This document shows positions 9,001-15,471 of a stretch of 33,043 bases of DNA, in pieces. The translations under genes and the position numbers were made by a program. The stretch's first letter is position 1; each line of letters starts with the position of its first letter. The stretch comes from an uncultured bacterium (GTDB lineage: Bacteria > CAIJMQ01), in contig CAZNJA010000013.1 in NCBI GenBank assembly GCA_964573245.1, positions 1 to 33,043 on the forward strand, given 5' to 3'. The notes below the pieces were generated by a model that was not told where the DNA came from, searched no databases, and saw nothing but the letters and a program-made list of their open reading frames with translations.

Positions 9001-9686
9001 GAAATCCTATGCTGGAGACTTATGGCCCTATTCATATCGCGGGAATTGACGGAGCGGAAAACCAGGTTATATGGAATGATGCCGAACCTGATACAGGCGC
9101 GGCAGAAAGAATATTTGCGTACGATTTTGATGTCGGGGAAGCACCTACTGATGAGATAGGAGATCCCGCATATCCGTTTATAGGAACAGGCGGGACATGC
9201 TATTATCGGGGAGTGGGAGCAAATATATTCCTGCCGTGGGGCTTTGAATCAATTGATAAGCCGGAGGTAAGAGACGACATCATGGCTGCAGTTCTTGGTT
9301 GGCTTCATGAGCCGACAATGACCGGAGAAGGAGATGAAGACGACGGTGATGACGGCGACGGTGATGACGGCGACGGTGATGACGGCGACGGTGATGGCGA
9401 CGGCGACGACGACGTCAGCGGCGGCGGCGGAGACGGCGGGTCATTACATTGTTTCATCGCAACTGCCTGCTACGGAACGCCGATGACAAAAGAAGTGAAA
9501 ATTTTGAGGGAATTTAGAGACGATTATTTATTGAAAAATTCAGCAGGCAGATTCTTTGTCCGAAACTATTACAGGTATTCTCCGAAAGTGGCTGAATATA
9601 TTTCCGAGCGTCCGATGCTTAAAAAACTTGTAAGATTCGGGCTTAAACCATTGGTGAATTTTTCCGAAATATTACCGGATAAATAA
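6039..9686 (+). CDS. Secreted peptidase C25 (gingipain)-fold protein with Asp/Gly linker and CFI-box-CTERM domain
   Basis: Signal peptide (VKA|A); FLVITP, YLLILGD, PTDFFYA, VGRIPV, GGAIAFIGS and YTLFGDPAL are C25 hallmarks; second domain begins ILVVDDD; C-terminal CFIATACYG...LREFRDDYL...YYRYSP. Confidence 0.8.
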   Translation: MKNKMKMKKYITLTIKGFLSLLILFSFSSIVKAADYKFLVITPAKYQAVAEQFIALHENAALPIDVQMRGCYALVEEIEGRYNGEPGEEPAPVGAPAVPTPGPEQYGSEEEYENELTRKIVRFLRGVLKSPEEWVATDPNRPGPYAFTILYNSSGDTINPEEAKFQYLLILGDTGAPGPTGTTLNGVPESWYVWMDPGYYDQDPDADGSWFPTDFFYASPGYEEWTPNLRVGRIPVYDLDAAVARGDGKVTELNVVDEDDLINPWSVLDECDICDSQRAAGGTRSADIWVPGEWETDDTDTPAYELVITADGGGENPAPIGTTYIILDNSETCLTVLGVPIDDGVEAETEADIDDGDSFEIRQTTDEARAIYTKVADYMAEVTALPYPNTAWNAWFRKVVTVGGDSRPGLFSFWDEFVLAQIINEGYFEGNEVTKLRHTNIDNVPTDDDFTVTSLSPYLNDKDCGLLFLLGGDTGLENIFFIDTLQLDDAFIDNTDVFAYTSPLDDRMPIMVSNTAGHGLFDFPNIVPGLAYPSLGAAIVQSALGGAIAFIGSSHSTYSGVTPYFDDGVVKQDRLYNFDELLSYTAKSFHSAPRFLGDMFMGSPSRPGEGPIHDFMASNLDTEGEFSFWSLHKSVWEYTLFGDPALPIPYPVTDPIVTGTFAPSLAFNETTLRNRIPQYESHGIGVDEIPDGGSASTTVNVTSVKPAAYPAVPEVRITRVDIRRDTGEEYSDTPIVSSLNYVFTTANTDPGYYFVKVEQPGYDNTASDWGSWFGKETWICVQEVNEFVPTTNNILVVDDDWGFPIVTYSDTYGYEDWYLKSLETLGEPFDIWHVDYDDDLFNVISPPEHSGDDWVSGTDMGDALMHGEVYQGLLDDYGKVIWLTGNPDGYWHPVPYQTEYWLNETITQAEQNYLMDYLDLSGRLFLSGQSIIADLECEGYTEGPGALGYCYWLTLANEFLSDYIHLSAVYAAWSSIHGRLDQLGIIAGNPMLETYGPIHIAGIDGAENQVIWNDAEPDTGAAERIFAYDFDVGEAPTDEIGDPAYPFIGTGGTCYYRGVGANIFLPWGFESIDKPEVRDDIMAAVLGWLHEPTMTGEGDEDDGDDGDGDDGDGDDGDGDGDGDDDVSGGGGDGGSLHCFIATACYGTPMTKEVKILREFRDDYLLKNSAGRFFVRNYYRYSPKVAEYISERPMLKKLVRFGLKPLVNFSEILPDK
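9342..9395 (+). repeat. Tandem 15-bp repeat GACGGTGATGACGGC (3 copies plus a partial) encoding a DGDDG acidic linker
   Basis: Read directly; degenerate equivalents at about 11373-11460 and 13368-13455. Confidence 0.9.
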
Positions 9687-9689
9687 ACT

Positions 9690-11714
9690 ATGTTTAAAAA
9701 AATAAATTCGGGTTATAAGAATAAATTGCATTTACTTGTGGCAGTTCTTTTCTCGTTTTCCCTTATTCTTTCCGTATCCCAAACCGTATTTGCCCAGTCC
9801 AAAAGAACGGAAAATCCGTATTTGGTAGGAACATTCTGGGCAGGCGGGAAACTGATAGACAGGGTTATTTTCCCTGGCAGGCCTCCAAAATATTTCAGGA
9901 TGCCTGCGGCAAAAGTTCCCGAACCCAGTATTGCTATGGGAAATAATATCCTTGCGAATGTGCCTGCTTTTGACTGGTCTTACGGATGTTCGGCTACTTC
10001 TGCCGCGATGATGGCGGGGTATTATGATAACAACGGTTTTCCGAATATGTATGCCGGGCCCGGGGGAACACCTGCGGGAGTATGTCCGATGGATAATTCT
10101 GAGTGGGGTTCTAGCATATGGCCTTCAGGCGAATACAGTGAATGTCCGCTAAGCGCTACACATCTGGGCAAAGACGGACTGGGTGTGAAAGGGCATGTTG
10201 ATGATTATTGGATAGATTATGACGATGCGGGACCTGACCCTTACATTGTTGGCCCGTGGGCAGAGCATGTCAAGGCTAATTGCACAGGCGATTTCATGAA
10301 AACAAATCAATCTGCTTATGGCCTTACTGATGGCGCAACAGGATTCTTTATCTATCCTGACGGCTCGCAGACGACCTATGCTGACTTGGTTAATGAAGGA
10401 GTCTATGGCCCAATGGGCACTTATGCCGACTATGACGGCGGCTGCGGGTTGGCAGATTTTTTTACATCCCGCGGTTATACATGGACAACAATGTATAACC
10501 AGTATATAGAAGAAGTAGTGAGTGGCGGGTTTACATATGAACAGTTCCAGGCGGAAATAGATGCCGGCAGGCCTGTTTTGATACAGCTTTGGGGGCATAC
10601 GATGTTAGGTTATGGATATAGCACGACAGGCAATCTTATTTATGTCCATGATACATGGGACTACAGTAATCATACTATGACATGGGGAGGATATTATACC
10701 GGCGGGCTTCTCCATCAGGGAGTTACGGTTATTCACCTTGAACCATCTTTTGAAGGAACAGTCTTGTTGGACGCGGATTCTTACTCTGCGCCTGATACGG
10801 TTAATGTTACTGTTTGGGATGGTGATTTGGATTTAGATGTAAATAATCCGGATAATACGACTGTGGATTTTGAATCCGACCTTACTACCGATATTGAAAC
10901 TGTTACTTTGACCGAAACAGGTAATTCTACGGGAATTTTTACGGGTTCGATTGATACACAAATAGGGACTGCGGCGGTGAATGGAATACTTGATGTTGAA
11001 GACAGCGATACCATAACCGTTACCTATGAAGATTTAGACCATGATGGTGGGGGCACTCCCGCAACATTAACCGATGAGGCCAGGATTTCTCTTATCAGCA
11101 CTCCGACAGGCCTTACAGGCACGGCAGGACGGACATACGTGTTTTTAGGATGGAATCCCGTGGACAGCCCCGTATTGGATGGATATAACGTTTACAGGAG
11201 CAGTTCCCTGTCCGGAACAAAGACAAAACTTAACAGTTCTCTTGTGGCGAATAATTCTTATCGGGATTTGTATCTTGCCTCCGGAACTACTTATTATTAC
11301 TGGGTAGTTGCGGTGGATACCTACGGCATTGAAACGGATTATTCTCCCGAAGTTAGGGTTACTACGGTATCGGATGATGGCGATGATGGCGATGGTGATG
11401 ACGGCGATGATGGTGATGGTGATAATGGTGATGGGGTTGGCAGTGGCGGCGATGACGGTGTCGGCACACTCCCCGGCTGTTTTGTAGCGACTGCCTGTTA
11501 CGGCACGCCTATGGCAAGAGAAGTTAAAACACTTTCTTGTTTCAGAGACGAATATCTTTTAGGCAATTCTTTAGGCAGAATGTTTGTCCAAACATATTAC
11601 AAAGTAAGCCCTCCAATCGCTTCGTTTATTTCAAAGCATCCGCATCTTAAGAATTTGGTTAGATGTTTGCTGAAACCTGTTGCCGACTTTTCTAAGGCGT
11701 TGGTTAAAGAGTAA
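9690..11714 (+). CDS. Secreted papain-like cysteine peptidase (C10/C39-like) with Ig-like, FN3 and CFI-box-CTERM domains
   Basis: WSYGCSATSAAM (Cys), EIDAGRPVLI..GHTMLGYGY (His), VHDTW (Asp); FN3 W..V...GYNVYRS...TTYYYWVVAVD; CFVATACYG terminus. Confidence 0.75.
   Translation: MFKKINSGYKNKLHLLVAVLFSFSLILSVSQTVFAQSKRTENPYLVGTFWAGGKLIDRVIFPGRPPKYFRMPAAKVPEPSIAMGNNILANVPAFDWSYGCSATSAAMMAGYYDNNGFPNMYAGPGGTPAGVCPMDNSEWGSSIWPSGEYSECPLSATHLGKDGLGVKGHVDDYWIDYDDAGPDPYIVGPWAEHVKANCTGDFMKTNQSAYGLTDGATGFFIYPDGSQTTYADLVNEGVYGPMGTYADYDGGCGLADFFTSRGYTWTTMYNQYIEEVVSGGFTYEQFQAEIDAGRPVLIQLWGHTMLGYGYSTTGNLIYVHDTWDYSNHTMTWGGYYTGGLLHQGVTVIHLEPSFEGTVLLDADSYSAPDTVNVTVWDGDLDLDVNNPDNTTVDFESDLTTDIETVTLTETGNSTGIFTGSIDTQIGTAAVNGILDVEDSDTITVTYEDLDHDGGGTPATLTDEARISLISTPTGLTGTAGRTYVFLGWNPVDSPVLDGYNVYRSSSLSGTKTKLNSSLVANNSYRDLYLASGTTYYYWVVAVDTYGIETDYSPEVRVTTVSDDGDDGDGDDGDDGDGDNGDGVGSGGDDGVGTLPGCFVATACYGTPMAREVKTLSCFRDEYLLGNSLGRMFVQTYYKVSPPIASFISKHPHLKNLVRCLLKPVADFSKALVKE
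11421..11680 (+). repeat. 260-bp direct repeat, copy 1 (CFI-box-CTERM coding region)
   Basis: Aligns ungapped to 13417-13676 with about 11 mismatches by manual count. Confidence 0.92.
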
Positions 11715-11745
11715 AATTGATTGTTAATAACTAATAAAAAAAGAA

Positions 11746-13725
11746 TTGAAAAAGGTTAATATCTCCTCTTTAATAATTCTTGTTTTAATCTTAATAGGTT
11801 ATCCCCCCTCTCTTTTTGCCCAAACTTCCAAAGGCACCATCCTGTTGGATACCGATTATTATCTTGTTCCCGCGGTAGCCTATGTTACTGTCGAGGACAG
11901 CGATTTGGATTTGGATAAAAATAATCCTGATACCGTGACTGTCGAATTTACTTCTGATACAGAAAACGTTTTTCCTAAAGTTGCCACATTGACCGAGACA
12001 GGCAATTCCACGGGTATTTTTACCGGTTCAATAAAGTTAACAAATAAATTTTTAGGCAACATAATAGGAGACGGATATAACATCCCTTCCAATTTTTACG
12101 GTTATTGGAACCAGGTATCGCCGGAGAATGCGGGTAAGTGGGGCTCGGTCGAGGCGACCAAAGATGTGATGCAGTGGGGTCAATTAGACCAGATTTATAA
12201 TTATGCAAAAGCTAATGATTTACCGTTTAAAGAGCATACTTTTGTTTGGGGAAGTCAGCAACCGGGTTGGATGCTCTCTCGCTCTTCAGACGGCACCGAG
12301 AGGATAGAACTCCTTTCCCAAAAGAGTTTACATGCTGAACCTGATTGGCTAAAAGCATTTTCTTTAGAAGAACAGAGAGCAGAAGTGGAAGAATGGATAC
12401 GGCTTTTTGGAGAAAGGTATCCTGATACTGATTTTATAGATGTCGTTAATGAACCTTTGCATGCAGTCCCTTCCTATAAAGATGCTTTAGGCGGAACCGG
12501 TTCTACGGGGTGGGATTGGGTAATAACATCTTTTGAACTTGCAAGACAATATTGTCCCAACGCAAAATTACATATAAATGAATATAATGTTTTAGAAGGA
12601 TGGGCTTCAATAGATGATTATCTGGAAATAATAAATTTACTGAAAGATAGGGGTTTAATAGACGGTATAGGAAATCAGTGCCATAATTTACAATCGCCGA
12701 ATATGACCACTGTAAGCAACAATCTAAATAAACTCGCAGCAACAGGATTGCCTATATACATTACGGAACTGGATGTAGTTCATGCTGATGATGGTTCGCA
12801 ATTGTCGGTATATGAGAATAAATTTCCTGTTTTCTGGGAACATCCCTCTGTTGGAGGTATTACGCTTTGGGGTTATATACAAGGGAAGATATGGCTGGCG
12901 AATGGATATTTAATAAGGACGGATGAAACCGAAAGGCCCGCTATGGAGTGGTTGGGAGAATATACTTCTTCGCCGAACGGGATTCTCCGCGTTAAAAGCG
13001 GAGATACTGTAAGTGTTACTTATATTGATGCTGATGACGGCGAAGGTGGCCCCGTCATAGTAACGGATATGGCCGGGGCATCTCTTGTTAATATTACCAC
13101 CGGTCTTACGGCAACGGCAGGGCGGACGTATGCGTTTTTGGGATGGAATCCCGTTGAAAGCTCTGTATTATTGGCGGGATATAATGTTTACAGGAGCAAT
13201 TCCCGGTCCAGAGCAAAGACAAAACTTAACAGTTCGCTTTTAACGGATAATTATTATCGGGATTTGTATCTTACTCCCGGGACGACTTATTATTATTGGA
13301 TAACTGTGGTGGACGGTTTTGGAGATGAAACTGATTATTCTTCTCCAGTTAGGGTTACTACGGCGGCAGATGGTGACGGCGATGATGGCGATGGTGATGA
13401 CGACGATGGTGATAGTGATAATGGTGATGGGGTTGGCAGTAGCGGCGATGACGGTATCGGCGCACTCCCCGGCTGTTTTGTAGCGACTGCCTGTTACGGC
13501 ACGCCTATGGCAAAAGAAGTTAAAGCACTTTCTTGTTTCAGAGACGAATATCTTTTAAGCAATTTTTTAGGCAGAATATTTGTCCAAACATATTACAAAG
13601 TAAGCCCTCCAATCGCTTCGTTTATTTCGAAGCATCCGCATCTTAAAAATTTAGTTAGATGTTTGCTGAAACCTGTGGTCGAAGTTACGAACTCTGTGGT
13701 GAGTAAACTGACTACTGAACGCTAA
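11746..13725 (+). CDS. Secreted GH10 endo-1,4-beta-xylanase with split Ig-like, FN3 and CFI-box-CTERM domains
   Basis: GH10 motifs SPENAGKW, HTFVWGSQ, DVVNEP (acid/base), INEYN, GIGNQCH, IYITELDV (nucleophile), GITLWG; TTG start with signal peptide. Confidence 0.9.
   Translation: MKKVNISSLIILVLILIGYPPSLFAQTSKGTILLDTDYYLVPAVAYVTVEDSDLDLDKNNPDTVTVEFTSDTENVFPKVATLTETGNSTGIFTGSIKLTNKFLGNIIGDGYNIPSNFYGYWNQVSPENAGKWGSVEATKDVMQWGQLDQIYNYAKANDLPFKEHTFVWGSQQPGWMLSRSSDGTERIELLSQKSLHAEPDWLKAFSLEEQRAEVEEWIRLFGERYPDTDFIDVVNEPLHAVPSYKDALGGTGSTGWDWVITSFELARQYCPNAKLHINEYNVLEGWASIDDYLEIINLLKDRGLIDGIGNQCHNLQSPNMTTVSNNLNKLAATGLPIYITELDVVHADDGSQLSVYENKFPVFWEHPSVGGITLWGYIQGKIWLANGYLIRTDETERPAMEWLGEYTSSPNGILRVKSGDTVSVTYIDADDGEGGPVIVTDMAGASLVNITTGLTATAGRTYAFLGWNPVESSVLLAGYNVYRSNSRSRAKTKLNSSLLTDNYYRDLYLTPGTTYYYWITVVDGFGDETDYSSPVRVTTAADGDGDDGDGDDDDGDSDNGDGVGSSGDDGIGALPGCFVATACYGTPMAKEVKALSCFRDEYLLSNFLGRIFVQTYYKVSPPIASFISKHPHLKNLVRCLLKPVVEVTNSVVSKLTTER
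13417..13676 (+). repeat. 260-bp direct repeat, copy 2
   Basis: Aligns ungapped to 11421-11680. Confidence 0.92.
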
Positions 13726-14515
13726 CCGATTTTTTGCCTCTCTTTTTCCCAATCAGAATTGTCAAAGAAATAAAAACTATTCCCCCGCATATGATCTGAA
13801 AGAGTGTAAGATTATGGAAAAACGGGCCCAATCTATCCCCTCTTAAGAAATCCAAAAAGAATCTGAAAGCAGGATACAGGATGAGATAAAAAAGAAATGT
13901 TTCTCCTTCAAATGTTCTTTTATCTTCTATTTTTTTCAAAAGCAAAAAAAGGACAAATAGAAATAGCGAAGAATAAAGTTGTGTGGGGTGAAGCGGCAAT
14001 GCTCCGTAATGATAGCCTGCGGGAGAATTAAGGGTGAATACTTTTCCTATAGGCAAATCAGTTGGTTTTCCGTAGCAACAGCCGTTTAAGAAACAGCCGA
14101 TTCTGCCTATGGCTTGTCCTAAAGCAGCATAGGGTATGAGCAGGTCCGCTATGGGAAAGAAAGATAATTTTTTCTTTTTTGTATAGATGAAAATAGTTAT
14201 TAGGGATAAGAAGAATCCGCCGTGAAAAATAAACCCGCCTCGCCATAAACTTGCATCAAAAGGGTTTTGGATATAAAGGGGGAGGTTAGATATAATATAA
14301 GCAAGTTTGCCCCCCAAAAACCCCGAGGCAATTACCCAAAAGGCAATATCCAGTATTGTCTGAACGCTTATATTTTCTTTTCTTGTTTGCCTGCTAAGGG
14401 ATAACCGGGTAAGGTCTTTTGTTAAAAGATATAAACTTATATAAAAAGCCAGCGCCAATAAAACGCCATAGGAATAAATTTCAAACCGCCCGATTTTGAA
14501 AAGTATGGGATGCAT
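13712..14515 (-). CDS. lgt: Prolipoprotein diacylglyceryl transferase
   Basis: MHPILF..G...IYSYG, GGFIFHGG, GQAIGRIGCFLNGCCYG, HPTQLY, RFFLDFLRGD. Confidence 0.95.
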   Translation of the reverse strand: MHPILFKIGRFEIYSYGVLLALAFYISLYLLTKDLTRLSLSRQTRKENISVQTILDIAFWVIASGFLGGKLAYIISNLPLYIQNPFDASLWRGGFIFHGGFFLSLITIFIYTKKKKLSFFPIADLLIPYAALGQAIGRIGCFLNGCCYGKPTDLPIGKVFTLNSPAGYHYGALPLHPTQLYSSLFLFVLFLLLKKIEDKRTFEGETFLFYLILYPAFRFFLDFLRGDRLGPFFHNLTLFQIICGGIVFISLTILIGKKRGKKSVSVQ

Positions 14516-14528
14516 TTTAAAAATTAGA

Positions 14529-14651
14529 GATACAGGATACTAGATACTGGATGCTCGATACTCGTAAAAACAAAGAAAGGAAATTTCTTTTACGAGAATC
14601 CCCGCCTGCTGAATCTTAGCGGGCAGGCAGAATCTAGCATCGAGAATCAAG
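14529..14651. repeat. Inverted heptamer array (GATACTN units) with a nested GC-rich hairpin
   Basis: GATACAG GATACTA GATACTG GATGCTC GATACTC followed by complementary-strand units CGAGAAT..CTAGCAT CGAGAAT; hairpin 14601-14628 flanked by AGAATC direct repeats. Confidence 0.75.
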
Positions 14652-15122
14652 TTTTTTATATCTTGAATCTTTAATAACTTTTATTATTATCAGCCCCACT
14701 CCCGCAAGTATGGAAACGTCGGCGATGTTGAAAGAGTAGGGGAATTTATTAAGCAAGAGGTAATCAAGCACGAAGCCGTAAATTATGCGGTCTATTAGAT
14801 TGCTTGATGCGCCTGTTAATATGAGGATAAGTCCCCAGTGAAAAAGTGTTTTTTCTTTCTCTGTATGCAGGTATAAAAATACTATGAATAAAATAATGAT
14901 TGATGTAGAAACGATAAAAAACCTGCCGTAGTTTTGGAATAAGCCGAAGGCAATTCCCTGGTTTTCGGATGCTGGGACAAGATAGAATAAATTTTTTATA
15001 AGGGTGAGTTTTTCTTTTATTAATTGTCTGTTATAAAAGAGAAATTTAAGGGTTTGGTCTAAAATCAAAATTAAAGCAGCGGTTATGAACCTTGCTCTTC
15101 TTTCTCTTTGCATTTTCGACAT
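14634..15122 (-). CDS. lspA: Lipoprotein signal peptidase II
   Basis: LDQTLK, NQGIAFGL, GASSNLIDR..YGFVLDY, FNIAD; true start may be slightly downstream of the ORF-track start. Confidence 0.95.
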   Translation of the reverse strand: MSKMQRERRARFITAALILILDQTLKFLFYNRQLIKEKLTLIKNLFYLVPASENQGIAFGLFQNYGRFFIVSTSIIILFIVFLYLHTEKEKTLFHWGLILILTGASSNLIDRIIYGFVLDYLLLNKFPYSFNIADVSILAGVGLIIIKVIKDSRYKKLDSRC

Positions 15123-15457
15123 AATTCCGCGTATGGAACGGCTTTTAATCTTTTTATGCTGATATCTTTACTGCAATTTACGCATTTTCCGTAAGTTTTT
15201 TTCTCAATTCTGTTTAATGCTTCCTGTATCTGTTTTAAGAGTTTTCCCTCGGAAGACAAAAGGTCTAAAGAAGTATCTTCTTCGGCATTGTCCGAAGCAA
15301 TGTCTGCCATATGAATTTTATGAGAGGAAACTTCGCCGGAAGCGTCTTTGAAAGATTTCCCGAGATTATTTTTTTCTTTGTCGTCTAAGTCTTTGAATAA
15401 TCTTTCCTTTTCTTTAATTAAAATTTCCTTGAAAAATTTCACGTCTTTTACTTTCAA
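15083..15457 (-). CDS. dksA: DksA/TraR family C4 zinc-finger protein
   Basis: Coiled coil with HMADIASD, ALNRIEKKTYGKCVNC...RLKAVPYAELCRKC; TTG start with GGAGGA ribosome-binding site. Confidence 0.8.
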   Translation of the reverse strand: MKVKDVKFFKEILIKEKERLFKDLDDKEKNNLGKSFKDASGEVSSHKIHMADIASDNAEEDTSLDLLSSEGKLLKQIQEALNRIEKKTYGKCVNCSKDISIKRLKAVPYAELCRKCKEKEEQGS

Positions 15458-15471
15458 TTTAGTTTCCTCCG

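Noticed and set aside
11421-13676. Diversity-generating retroelement template/variable repeat pair
   Set aside because: Differences are bidirectional A/G transitions rather than A-to-N from one template, both copies are coding, and no reverse transcriptase is in the window.
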